Below are positions 30,004 to 39,586 of a DNA stretch of 64,000 bases, in pieces; within the stretch, counting starts at the first letter, position 1, and each line of letters begins with the position of its first letter. Below the pieces are notes generated by a model. That model saw only the letters and a list, made by a program, of their open reading frames with translations, did no database searches and was not told the DNA's origin. Position numbers and translations under genes: made by a program. Source of the DNA: Candidatus Thorarchaeota archaeon (GTDB taxonomy: Archaea; Asgardarchaeota; Heimdallarchaeia; Hodarchaeales; Hodarchaeaceae); contig JBHLRO010000003.1 in the NCBI GenBank assembly GCA_048882505.1, forward strand, positions 15,157 to 79,156, in the 5' to 3' direction.

Positions 30004-32787
30004 ATGGTAAGAGTATACACTGCAGCCTTGATAGATAAACCTTTACGTGCCATTAATAAGAATTTACAGAAAAAGATGACTTCGGATTTGAGGAAATCTC
30101 TTAAGGTTCGGCGTGATGCAGTATCTAGTCAGGAGTTGAACACATTCCTCCTAGTTTCAGGCAAAAACGGAAAACGCGGATTCACCCCGGAAATGATAGA
30201 TAGGGTTGAAAAAGGAGCCATTCAGAAAAGACTAAAGCAATATTACAATAGAAATGAGTCACGATTTAGGAACTACATGAAAAACAATCAAGAGTTATAT
30301 GAAACCTCCCAGGTGGTAAAAGAATTCATCCGAGAGATTGATTCATCTCTTCCGAAAAAGTTCGACCAACAATTAAAGAAAATTAACACAGAATTACCGG
30401 AAATTTTCTGCCAGATTAGTATGAAGAGTTTTATTACTTTATGGGAGATTGAAGAAAGGCAGGAATATCGTTTTAACTTGTCCGGATTTGATTTTCCCAT
30501 ATTTGCCGGAACAACCAATGGAACCCCATTTAATGTAGGAAGTTTAGTAGATAAGCTTCTCATTGTAAATTTCTTTGAAACTTTCTTAAAATCAACCCTC
30601 CAGCGACTCGATGATATGAATCAGGTACTGGAACGTCTCGAATACGAACTTTCCAAGCCACACTATCAAATTAAGAACGAAAAACTACACGCCAAATTCT
30701 CTCTCTTTCTACGAATTCTGGTTGCAAAACTAAGCGCCTTACAGGAGTTAGAAAACTCGATCTTTCGGATCTTTAGTTTGTTTGATGTTCCATATATGAT
30801 CCTTACTCAATATCGTTTTAAAAGCGATTTTTTGGATTTAAATACAGAGATCGCCAGAATCTGCGAGGATATTAGTGTAGGTAAAGATAAACTCAACGAG
30901 GTAGGAAGAAAAATTGATAATTGCCAATTATCTCTTCGAGATTATCTTGATGAAAGTAGAAATGGAGTTATAAAGACTGATTCGACCCAATTATTCAAAG
31001 ATTCTCTGAAATCATTAGCAGAATTAAGTATTGATTTGTTTATAGAATCTGAAATGTTAAAACTTTGGTCGGATTATTTTGGATCAGATATTCCTTATTT
31101 TAGTTTTAATGTCCAATTAGATGAGGAAACTGAAAGCGAGGAGGATATCCACATCGATGATGATGTTATTTTGGCTGTGAGAGGGCTCTATAAGAACTAT
31201 AACCTTGGTCGTACCACCGTTTATGCAGTACGGGGAGTTAATCTCGATATTAAGGCAGGTGAATTTGTTGCAATAGTCGGCAGTTCCGGCGCAGGTAAGA
31301 CAACACTATTAAACTGTATGGCCAGTTTAGATACTCCGGATCATGGTGTCGTTTATTTTCGGGGGAGAAATCTTCACAAACTGAAAGATTCAGAGAAAGC
31401 AGACGTCCGACTTCGCGAAATGGGTTTCATTTTTCAGAGCTACGCCTTACTACCTCATTTCGACACTCGCGAAAATGTAACCCTCCCAGCAAATCTGGCA
31501 GGCGGATTAAGTAAAGGTATAAGAACCCGAATTGAGAATCTTTTGGTGGGTGTTGGAATAAGTGAACAGGCGAAACAATATCCTGCTCAGTTGAGCGGAG
31601 GTCAGATGCAACGGGTGGCAATTGCACGAGCTCTTACAAATCAACCGGCTGTCATATTTGCTGATGAACCCACAGGTGATCTGGATTCGACCACTGGTGT
31701 TCAAGTGATGGAATTGCTAAAGAAATTCCATGAGGAAACAAATACGACCATTGTAATCATAACACATGAGGAGAGTATTGCTAATTACGCTGAAAGGCGA
31801 ATTATGATGGAAGATGGAGTAATTACGCAGCGAAAAAGGCCCGTTGATCAAGCGGGACAGCCTATCCTGATGGAAAAGCCAATGATGCCGAAAGTTGAAA
31901 GGGAACTACCTCCAATATGGGAGGAAAGAGTAAACGAAATCGAAGGAAGGTTAGAGACCTTCGAGAAGAAAAACATTGAACTATTAGGCAAGGTAGTAAA
32001 AGAAGTACAAAGACAGTTGGACGAAATAAGGGGTAACATAGAAGTTCTTGGGATTGAGACCAACAAAAAATCGCTGGATCTGAGTACAAGATTTGAACAA
32101 CTAAATACTAATGCTAGCAATTGGTCATTTGCAATCAATGAACAGATGGAATCATTTCGTGCTCAATATGTTAAAGTGCTGGAAGAGCTCAGGCAATCTT
32201 CAATCAGATCGGCCGAAAAGGAAAGAATTCTTTCGCAAAAGTATACAGAACTCGTGGAACAATTAAAAGAAAAAGACCAGATAGCGGTTGAAAAAGGCAA
32301 TCTAAATCAAGTAAGGTTCAGTGCATTACAAAAGGAGATCGAAAGGAAGGAATCAGACTTAGGAATTTATAAGGATAGATTGGAGGAGCTGGAATCTGAA
32401 ATAAAGGTAAAACAGCAGCATATTGATGAATCTACTGAAATTAAAATGAAAACAGAAAACCTAGTAAATAGCTACAGAAAATTAAAGGAAGCTTATGATA
32501 ATAAGAGTCGGGAAGTGACTCATTTACAGGCTCAATTAGCATCCATGACTGAAGATACGAAGAAGATCGTTAAAAGTACCAGGGCTATAAAGGCATTCCT
32601 CGATGAGAGTGATTCAGGTCGAATCCTGTACCAACTTCTTAATTCTGAGCGTTTAAATCTAGATGAACTTGCGGTTCGGACTGGAATCGCAACATATACC
32701 GTTTACCAAATAGTTCAACACCTTCGAGATATTGGTGTAGTTGAGTTCGATAATTCCACACGCGTAGTTACATTAGTAAGCAAGTAA
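30004..32787 (+). CDS. ABC-type ATPase with about 390-aa N-terminal domain of unknown function and C-terminal coiled-coil plus wHTH-like tail
   Basis: Central Walker A GSSGAGKTT, signature LSGGQMQRVAIARAL, Walker B IFADEPTGDLD, H-loop ITHEE; C-terminal about 300 aa heptad-rich (E/K/L) ending in TGIATYTVYQIVQHLRDIGVVEF; starts 3 nt after upstream ATPase gene. Confidence 0.7.
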   Translation: MVRVYTAALIDKPLRAINKNLQKKMTSDLRKSLKVRRDAVSSQELNTFLLVSGKNGKRGFTPEMIDRVEKGAIQKRLKQYYNRNESRFRNYMKNNQELYETSQVVKEFIREIDSSLPKKFDQQLKKINTELPEIFCQISMKSFITLWEIEERQEYRFNLSGFDFPIFAGTTNGTPFNVGSLVDKLLIVNFFETFLKSTLQRLDDMNQVLERLEYELSKPHYQIKNEKLHAKFSLFLRILVAKLSALQELENSIFRIFSLFDVPYMILTQYRFKSDFLDLNTEIARICEDISVGKDKLNEVGRKIDNCQLSLRDYLDESRNGVIKTDSTQLFKDSLKSLAELSIDLFIESEMLKLWSDYFGSDIPYFSFNVQLDEETESEEDIHIDDDVILAVRGLYKNYNLGRTTVYAVRGVNLDIKAGEFVAIVGSSGAGKTTLLNCMASLDTPDHGVVYFRGRNLHKLKDSEKADVRLREMGFIFQSYALLPHFDTRENVTLPANLAGGLSKGIRTRIENLLVGVGISEQAKQYPAQLSGGQMQRVAIARALTNQPAVIFADEPTGDLDSTTGVQVMELLKKFHEETNTTIVIITHEESIANYAERRIMMEDGVITQRKRPVDQAGQPILMEKPMMPKVERELPPIWEERVNEIEGRLETFEKKNIELLGKVVKEVQRQLDEIRGNIEVLGIETNKKSLDLSTRFEQLNTNASNWSFAINEQMESFRAQYVKVLEELRQSSIRSAEKERILSQKYTELVEQLKEKDQIAVEKGNLNQVRFSALQKEIERKESDLGIYKDRLEELESEIKVKQQHIDESTEIKMKTENLVNSYRKLKEAYDNKSREVTHLQAQLASMTEDTKKIVKSTRAIKAFLDESDSGRILYQLLNSERLNLDELAVRTGIATYTVYQIVQHLRDIGVVEFDNSTRVVTLVSK

Positions 32788-33165
32788 AGGTCAAGGGTAA
32801 GACGTTACATATTGTCTGGTTAAATAATGGTTGTTTTCTTATTCTGAAAGTCAGTACAAGGTCAATCTGCTTCTTGACCAATAGATACATGATATCAAAA
32901 CGAGAAAAAGCTAGGTCTCTTATCATTCACTGTATTCTGGAAGAGTAAAAAGGAAGCAGATTAATCGTAAAGCAAGGTAATAATTCCTGGTACAAAATAG
33001 TAGAGTGGAAGGGAAGCTACAGTTATTCCTTCAATAATCCGCGATGCTTGTCCTGAGAAAATGTCGTTGATATGATGATTAGAACAAAGGAAACGACAAC
33101 GAAGACCAATGAAGAAGTGGCAAACACACTCCAATCTGGAAATGCCTATATAACTAAAGATTTTT

Positions 33166-33207
33166 TTGATCCTTTTGATTACAGAGCTATTATCAGGAGG
33201 TCTCTGA
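33166..33207 (+). promoter_or_regulatory. conserved upstream region with SD-like GGAGGT shared by duplicated acyltransferase genes (copy 1)
   Basis: aaagatttttttgatccttttgattacagagctattatcaggaggtctctgaATG is about 80% identical to 38716..38767; GGAGG 8-12 nt before ATG. Confidence 0.3.
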
Positions 33208-34026
33208 ATGACATCATCAGAAAATAATCTTGGAAATTATCATTTTACAGAATTTCCCATCAATCGACAGATCCTTAGTGACCTCTATGATGAATTTCTA
33301 AAAAAACATTATTCCATAGGTTACCTTGAAGTGACTGTTTCCAAAGCTTTGGAATTGATAAACAAATTGACAAAGAAGACTGGGGAAAAAATTTCTTTCA
33401 CGGCTTGGGTTGTTAAGTGCATCAGTGATGCTATCCTTCAGTTTCCAGAGTTTAACTCTTATCGAAAGGGGAGAAACAGGCTAGTAACGTTTGAGGACAT
33501 TGATATTATCGTTATGGTGGAACGTCAGTTAGTTGAAAAATTCATTCCAGTTCCTTATTCGATTCGAAAAACTACAAAGAAAGATTTACTAGCCATTTCA
33601 AGGGAAATTAGGACAGCACAAAATATGGAAGTAACTGAGAAAAATCAGCTTCTTGATCAAGGGATCCTTACCAGATTATATCCGCTTATTCCAGGGATTA
33701 TTAAACGACGCCTGATTAGACGTATTCTTCGAAACCCTTTTTCTATAAAAAAACAAGGAGGGTTAATCGTAGTTACCTCGGTTGGTATGTTCACTAATAC
33801 TCGTGGATGGGTAGGTGGATTCGGCGGGATAACTACCCTCAATTTTGCAATTGGTGGGATCACTCAAAAACTCGTTAAATCTGGTGATTCTATCAAGGAA
33901 GAACAATGTTTACAGATGACCATATCTCTCGACCACGATATTATTGATGGGGGTCCTGCGGCTCGTTTTTCAGCATATCTAGTCGATTTACTTGAAAAGG
34001 CTAGTGGTTTGACTGGACTGATGTAA
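33208..34026 (+). CDS. stand-alone 2-oxoacid dehydrogenase E2-type acyltransferase catalytic domain protein (CAT-like fold)
   Basis: C-terminal GGLIVVTSVGMF...ISLDHDIIDGGPAARF matches the E2 catalytic core (SNLGMFG...DHRxxDG) with catalytic His/Asp present; no lipoyl or E3-binding domains. Confidence 0.7.
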   Translation: MTSSENNLGNYHFTEFPINRQILSDLYDEFLKKHYSIGYLEVTVSKALELINKLTKKTGEKISFTAWVVKCISDAILQFPEFNSYRKGRNRLVTFEDIDIIVMVERQLVEKFIPVPYSIRKTTKKDLLAISREIRTAQNMEVTEKNQLLDQGILTRLYPLIPGIIKRRLIRRILRNPFSIKKQGGLIVVTSVGMFTNTRGWVGGFGGITTLNFAIGGITQKLVKSGDSIKEEQCLQMTISLDHDIIDGGPAARFSAYLVDLLEKASGLTGLM

Positions 34027-34199
34027 CATGAAATCCCATACCTTCATCCGCTTAACTTTATCTTGAGGTATTTGTCCAGATACCTGATTCCAGAAAAACT
34101 GTCATTGAAAAATCACAGGATTTAAACATTTCAATTAATATACGGTGACATTGATCTACCAATATAGACAATGCATAATAGGCAAAAAGAGGTGGCACC

Positions 34200-34565
34200 A
34201 TGGTTGAAGTAGAAATAATGCTTAGTTTCTTATGGGTCTCCATAATGTTTTGTTATTTATATGGGGATGTGTTTTCCATACTGGCTGGGGATTTTAAACC
34301 TGGCGAAATAGATGGAAAACCATTAACTGAGTACATGGTTCTAGGAATGGCCGTGATAATAACAATTCCAATTACTATGATCGTCCTAACTTTAATATTG
34401 GATTACTCAATCAGTCGCTGGGCAAACATTATCGTTTCTCTTGGGTATATTATTTTTAATGTATTATCCCTTAGGAGTTATCCAATCTATGAAAAATTTA
34501 CTTTAGTTGTTTCGATGGTATTTAATGTAATAGTAGTCTATCTTGCATTCACTTGGGCAATCTAA
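34200..34565 (+). CDS. small 3-4 TM membrane protein, paralog of 45755..46063
   Basis: Shared motif YLYGDVFSILAGDFKPGEIDGKPL...LDYSISRWANIIV with 45755..46063 (YLFGDVMRLYAGDFTPGEIDGKPL...LDYAVNRWANIII). Confidence 0.45.
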   Translation: MVEVEIMLSFLWVSIMFCYLYGDVFSILAGDFKPGEIDGKPLTEYMVLGMAVIITIPITMIVLTLILDYSISRWANIIVSLGYIIFNVLSLRSYPIYEKFTLVVSMVFNVIVVYLAFTWAI

Positions 34566-34570
34566 GGATT

Positions 34571-35242
34571 TCAGAAGAATTCAGATAATGTTGTTTTAGG
34601 GTTCTTCTTTTTTGCGGGTTTTATTGTGGTCGGCCCATTATCCCCCTTGCTCGGCAGCGTATCAACAATCCAACTATTCATTTCTCCCTCATACGGTTTA
34701 AGGATCGCTAATAACTGCTCTTGAGTTTTCTCATAATTAAGCCAAAAATCGACTTGTTTTTTATTGAAAATGACTGGCATCCTATGAAAAACCTTTTCAA
34801 CAACGGGATGAGGATCAGTTGTTAAAACTGCACATTTATACCTCATCCTGCTCTCCTCTTCATCGAAATAAGAATTATAAATCCCAGCAATTCCGAATAA
34901 AGGCTCGTTTTTTAACGAAAAGTAGTATGGGATTCTTTCTTTACCGACGCGTTCCCATTCAAAAAAACCGTTTGCAAGAATAACACAACGTTTTTCCACA
35001 AAGGCTTTCCTGAAAAGCTTTTTTTCATGAACCGTTTCACTTCGAGCTTTATATGATTGAAAACCTTTTGTATAACCCCAATACATTCGAACTAGTTTGT
35101 AACCTTCCTCATTTACAATTGCAGTTGCTCTGTTTGTTGGTTTAAGATTGTAATAAGGAAAAACCTCAAGATTCCCTGGAGAAACGCCAAATGTAGACTC
35201 AATTTCATCTTTTGACGAAAAAAAGGCGAATCTTGAAGGCAT
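34571..35242 (-). CDS. SRAP (SOS-response associated peptidase, YedK/HMCES-like) homolog with Pro at position 2
   Basis: MPSRFA...YNLKP...WGY...KARSET...ILANGFFEWE...PYYF...HHRMPVIF parallels YedK MCGRFA...YNVAP...WGY...NARVET...FADGWFEWK...HDRRPLVL; start codon ATG confirmed, codon 2 is CCT (Pro), in-frame stop 6 codons upstream. Confidence 0.65.
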   Translation of the reverse strand: MPSRFAFFSSKDEIESTFGVSPGNLEVFPYYNLKPTNRATAIVNEEGYKLVRMYWGYTKGFQSYKARSETVHEKKLFRKAFVEKRCVILANGFFEWERVGKERIPYYFSLKNEPLFGIAGIYNSYFDEEESRMRYKCAVLTTDPHPVVEKVFHRMPVIFNKKQVDFWLNYEKTQEQLLAILKPYEGEMNSWIVDTLPSKGDNGPTTIKPAKKKNPKTTLSEFF

Positions 35243-35425
35243 AAGATTCGATTTGGTACCTGTTTTAAAAAAAATGTTTTACGAAGCTTAAAATGGGGAA
35301 CTCGTTGAGGATGCCTGAATTTTAACTGGAGAGGATAAGTCATCTGCCCAAAGAACATTGATGGAGATACAATTACTTTTCGGAAAGCGGGATCTGGAGA
35401 TATTCCGTCCCTCATAAATGTTTAC

Positions 35426-36244
35426 ATGGAGTCGCTAACCGATTTGGAAACAAGAATGAATGTTTCTCCTTCTCTACCGTCTAAATCAGAGACGGAGCAA
35501 TTTTATCAGCATGCTATGTCAAGTGGCGACTTTTTTGTAGCAATTGCTGATAAAAAGATTATCGGATTCAGCGGGGCTATTATCCGAGACAGATTATGGT
35601 TTTTATCGGCCTTTTGGGTTCTCCCTTCTTTTCAAAAAAGCGGTATTGGCCTTTCTCTTCTTGAACGCGTTTTTGAAAAAGGTATCAGTCGTGGTGCATC
35701 AGTTTTCTGTGTTTATTCTTCTAGTGATTTTCCAGCATTAGCATCTTACATGAAAATGGGTATGTTTCCTGGCTACCCAGTTTTTTATTTTGAGGGAATT
35801 CCGAAAATAGCATCCTTTTCGAGAGCTAATTCACATCGATCTGAGGAATTACAGGAGGAAGTAGCAACAGAACTAGATTTAGAAATTCGAGGGGTTAATA
35901 GATTGACGGATCATAGATATTGGAAATTGTTGGGATCAAGGGCGGTTCAAATTGAAATAGAAGGTAAAATCGGAGGATACTACTATGTTAGAAAAGGATT
36001 CATTGGTCCGCTGGTAAGTAAACAGTCCAAAGACATTGAATTATTACTTAATTTAGCTATGAAAGATGCTTTGGATTTAACTCCGAATAAGATAATCAAA
36101 TTGAGGGTTCCAGGTATCAATCATCATGCCCTAAAATGGATTCTGAAAACTGGACTAAAAATCAGGTCGACATCGCACTTTTTGACATCAAAAGAGTTTG
36201 GAAAACTTGCTTGTTATCTTCCTTCAGATCCTGGCCTATATTGA
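35426..36244 (+). CDS. GNAT-family N-acetyltransferase
   Basis: Motif A-like FQKSGIGLSLLERVF; 272 aa with C-terminal extension. Confidence 0.5.
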   Translation: MESLTDLETRMNVSPSLPSKSETEQFYQHAMSSGDFFVAIADKKIIGFSGAIIRDRLWFLSAFWVLPSFQKSGIGLSLLERVFEKGISRGASVFCVYSSSDFPALASYMKMGMFPGYPVFYFEGIPKIASFSRANSHRSEELQEEVATELDLEIRGVNRLTDHRYWKLLGSRAVQIEIEGKIGGYYYVRKGFIGPLVSKQSKDIELLLNLAMKDALDLTPNKIIKLRVPGINHHALKWILKTGLKIRSTSHFLTSKEFGKLACYLPSDPGLY

Positions 36245-36261
36245 TTGATTGATTAGGTGGT

Positions 36262-37128
36262 TTGATAGATATGAAGTTGAAGGGATTTGAAAAGTTACAG
36301 CAGAAATTGCCGGGATATAGCGGCAAGAGGTTTGTCATTATACCACTCATCGGGTTTGTCTCTTTTATTTCCAGCTTTTTCATTTTGCTACTGAGCTATT
36401 GGATGCCCACCCTTCTTCCCGATAATGAACTACTTGGTCTGGCTGAACCAATATTACCTATTGCTGGTCAGGTGATCATATTAACCATTGGGTTTTTCCT
36501 AATCGCGCGAGTATGGAATAGAAGACGGTTACTACTCAAAAAACATAAGGAATTAGCATATGAGCGAGGAGTCATTTCAGGATTCATTGGCGTACCTTTG
36601 GTACTTGCAACGGCATTCCACAGTTTGTTCCCGATAGCTTTTTCGTGGGAACCAATAAATCCAACTACTGCTCAAATGTTCTTTTCACCATTCAGATCTA
36701 ACTTGATTTTATCGATTATTTTATTACTTATTGGGTCCATCCTAGTTCTAATTGGATTATTGACCTTTCGGAGAGCAATTTTGACTTTTGGAATCGATTA
36801 TATGGCGGTTATATACGTTTATTACCCAGAAGAGTCAGAACTTCAGGATCATCAAATTTACTCTATCCTGAGGCATCCAACGTATTTTGCTATCATTTTG
36901 ACTGCCGTAGGTGGATGGCTGGTAAACTTCTCGGTGTATTCATTCATTGCGATGTTGCTCGTTATCCTCGGTATACTCATCCATCTTCGGTTTGTTGAAG
37001 AAAAGGAGCTTTTAGAACGGTTTGAATCATTTCGAGAATATAGACAACAGGTTCCAGCATTTATCATCAAACCTAGTCAAATTGTACCTTTTTTCAGATT
37101 TATCTTAGGCCAGGAAAACGCTCAATAG
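36262..37128 (+). CDS. ICMT/PEMT-like membrane methyltransferase (isoprenylcysteine carboxyl methyltransferase family)
   Basis: C-terminal RHPTYFA...VEEKELLERFESFREYRQQVP matches the ICMT signature (RHPxY...EE..L...FG..Y..Y); several N-terminal TM helices. Confidence 0.55.
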   Translation: MIDMKLKGFEKLQQKLPGYSGKRFVIIPLIGFVSFISSFFILLLSYWMPTLLPDNELLGLAEPILPIAGQVIILTIGFFLIARVWNRRRLLLKKHKELAYERGVISGFIGVPLVLATAFHSLFPIAFSWEPINPTTAQMFFSPFRSNLILSIILLLIGSILVLIGLLTFRRAILTFGIDYMAVIYVYYPEESELQDHQIYSILRHPTYFAIILTAVGGWLVNFSVYSFIAMLLVILGILIHLRFVEEKELLERFESFREYRQQVPAFIIKPSQIVPFFRFILGQENAQ

Positions 37129-37195
37129 GAGTAACTATAACCTCTTTCTCATTTAATTCTAAAATTTCTACTAATTCAAATGGAAAGCGAGGAAC

Positions 37196-37471
37196 TTGTC
37201 AAACTATCCACAAAATAAGGAAGAATGGCAAGTAGCAATATACGCTGGAGTAGGTTTAACTAAATTGGAGGGGGAGAGGAAATACCAAACTCAGAATTTC
37301 CCTTATTTGAAGGTGGAAGAATGGATTCAGAAATCGTTTAGTGAAGGATTTCACCCTGATTTTGTTCCAGCATTACTTAGAAACATACAGGGATTGGTCG
37401 CATGGGTTTATGGGGGAAAGGAAGAACCAAATTGGTCGCAATCTGATGAAGAGATCGATTATCAAGAATAA
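37196..37471 (+). CDS. hypothetical small protein
   Basis: 91 aa ORF in the gap between methyltransferase and aminotransferase genes; no motif recognised. Confidence 0.25.
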   Translation: MSNYPQNKEEWQVAIYAGVGLTKLEGERKYQTQNFPYLKVEEWIQKSFSEGFHPDFVPALLRNIQGLVAWVYGGKEEPNWSQSDEEIDYQE

Positions 37472-37498
37472 ATACAAAAAAACTCCAATCAGATATTA

Positions 37499-38701
37499 TC
37501 AGTCCAGAAGCGAGTCTTCAAGGGCATTCGTAATACGCTGAAGTCCACCTTCGAGTTCTGTGTAACTGGGATATCCGAAGCCCAACCGCAGAAATCTTTT
37601 CCCTACTTCAAACCAATAACCTGGGGCAACGAATGTCCTGTATTTTTCTTTCAAAACCATATAAAACTTGTCAATATCTATGTTAACGGTCTCTCTAATC
37701 CTCGGAATACAAACACACCCCCCTTGAGGTTCAACCCATTCTAAAAGTTCATTCTTTTCAAGCCAGCCCTTTAAAAGTTTATAATTGGTATTGACATGAG
37801 ACTGAATATCCTCCAAAAACTGGGTTTTCTTGTTAATATAGAAATGAGCGGCGATGGCTTCATCAATGATAGAATTACATATATAAATCAATTCCTTGGC
37901 TGCCAAGAATCTTTCCATCAATGCGGGATCTTGATTGACCAACCACCCGGATCTGATTCCAGGTAATCCATAGGCCTTAGAAAAAGAAGACACACTAATA
38001 GCTTGGGGACTTAATGACGCTGCCATTGGAGGAGGATCATTGGTCATATCCCTGTAGGTTTCATCTAAGAGTAAATGACACCCTTTGGATTCTACCAGTA
38101 CAATAATTTCATCTAATTCAGATTTCGTTAAAACAGTACCAGTAGGGTTTTGTGGGTAAGTGAGACTGACAAGTCGAGTATTTGGTTTAATCAGCTGAGA
38201 AAGTTTTTCTAGGTCTAATTTGAATTGTTCTTCAAATGATAAGGCCAAGTAGTCAACCTGACATCCGATTGCCCGAGGTGTTTCTACATTAGCTGTATAA
38301 TTAGGGTGTAGAAGTACTACATGGTCACTTGGTTTCAGTAAAGAAGTGTAGATGATAAAGAGGGCTCCAGCAGCCCCTGTGCCAATTAGAACATCATCAG
38401 GTTTAATTCCCTCTCCTTCGCTGGATATTGAAAGACGTAATTCTGGATTTCCAAGATGATCACCGTACCTAAGTAAAATGTTATTTAGATCGATATCTAG
38501 GTCTCCAAATACTGCGTCAGGTACAGAACTTTCTGCCAAATTATACTGAATCCTTTCATAACCATACTCTTCCGGAGATTCCTTTTCAATAGGGGTTCTT
38601 CGGTAAGCTAGGTGTCCTTGACTGATTTCTTTACCTGATATATCAGTACTTACCATATCATTCACAAACCAACCTAATTTACGAATGGAATATTTAGGCA
38701 A
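37499..38701 (-). CDS. PLP-dependent aminotransferase, class I/II fold
   Basis: 400 aa; PLP-lysine context SFSKAYGLPGIRSGW, upstream Asp/Tyr and Asn motifs typical of fold-type I aminotransferases. Confidence 0.8.
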   Translation of the reverse strand: MPKYSIRKLGWFVNDMVSTDISGKEISQGHLAYRRTPIEKESPEEYGYERIQYNLAESSVPDAVFGDLDIDLNNILLRYGDHLGNPELRLSISSEGEGIKPDDVLIGTGAAGALFIIYTSLLKPSDHVVLLHPNYTANVETPRAIGCQVDYLALSFEEQFKLDLEKLSQLIKPNTRLVSLTYPQNPTGTVLTKSELDEIIVLVESKGCHLLLDETYRDMTNDPPPMAASLSPQAISVSSFSKAYGLPGIRSGWLVNQDPALMERFLAAKELIYICNSIIDEAIAAHFYINKKTQFLEDIQSHVNTNYKLLKGWLEKNELLEWVEPQGGCVCIPRIRETVNIDIDKFYMVLKEKYRTFVAPGYWFEVGKRFLRLGFGYPSYTELEGGLQRITNALEDSLLD

Positions 38702-38715
38702 ATGTCTATTTAATT

Positions 38716-38767
38716 AAAGATCTTTTCGATCCTTTTGAGTCCAGAGTAATCATCTGGAGGTTACTGA
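38716..38767 (+). promoter_or_regulatory. conserved upstream region with SD-like GGAGGT (copy 2)
   Basis: taaagatcttttcgatccttttgagtccagagtaatcatctggaggttactgaATG; paralogous to 33166..33207. Confidence 0.3.
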
Positions 38768-39586
38768 ATGTCACCATCAAAAGACAATCTTGGAAATTAC
38801 CATCTAACCGAGTTTCCCACCAATCGCCAAATCCTTAGTGACCTTTATGATGAATTTCTAAAGAAGCATTATTCCATTGGTTACATTGAGGTGACTGTTT
38901 CCAAGGCTAACGAATTGATAAACAAGTTCCTAGAGAAGACAGGAGAAAAAATTTCTTTCACCGCTTGGATCGTTAAGTGTATCAGTGATGCCGTCGTTCA
39001 GTTCCCAGAATTTAATTCTTATCGAAAGGAGAGAAACAAGCTTGTCACGTTTGAGGATATTGATATTATTGTTATGGTGGAACAGCAGTTACCTGACAAA
39101 GTTGTTCCGATCCCTTATTCTATTCGAAAAACTACAAATAAAAATCTATTAACCATTTCTAAAGAAATTAGGACAACACAAAGTATGGAAGTAACTGAGG
39201 AACATCAGCTACTTGATCAGGGAATCCTTATCAAATTATATCCATTAATTCCAGCATTTATTCGACAACGACTGATAAGACGTAAGATTCGAGATCCTTT
39301 TACCATTAAAAAACAGGGAGGATTAATTGTGGTCACCTCCGTTGGTATGTTTATCAATACTCGGGGGTGGGTGGGAGGATTTGGCGGGATAACTACCCTA
39401 AATTTTGTAATTGGTGGAATCACGAAAAAATTCGTTAAATCTGGTGATTCGATCAAGGAAGAACAACTTCTACAGATGAGCATTTATCTTGACCATGATA
39501 TTATTGATGGGGCTCCAACGGCTCGTTTTTCGGCGTATCTAGTCGATTTACTGGAGAATGCAAATGGTTTAACTGAACTGATCTAG
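38768..39586 (+). CDS. stand-alone E2-type acyltransferase catalytic domain protein, paralog of 33208..34026
   Basis: 272 aa, collinear with 33208..34026 over its full length (GGLIVVTSVGMF...YLDHDIIDGAPTARF). Confidence 0.7.
   Translation: MSPSKDNLGNYHLTEFPTNRQILSDLYDEFLKKHYSIGYIEVTVSKANELINKFLEKTGEKISFTAWIVKCISDAVVQFPEFNSYRKERNKLVTFEDIDIIVMVEQQLPDKVVPIPYSIRKTTNKNLLTISKEIRTTQSMEVTEEHQLLDQGILIKLYPLIPAFIRQRLIRRKIRDPFTIKKQGGLIVVTSVGMFINTRGWVGGFGGITTLNFVIGGITKKFVKSGDSIKEEQLLQMSIYLDHDIIDGAPTARFSAYLVDLLENANGLTELI

Noticed and set aside
31427-32138. Several minus-strand ORFs (65-96 aa) within 30004..32787
   Set aside because: Antisense to the ABC ATPase domain and coiled-coil region that carry clear Walker/signature motifs; low-complexity translations.
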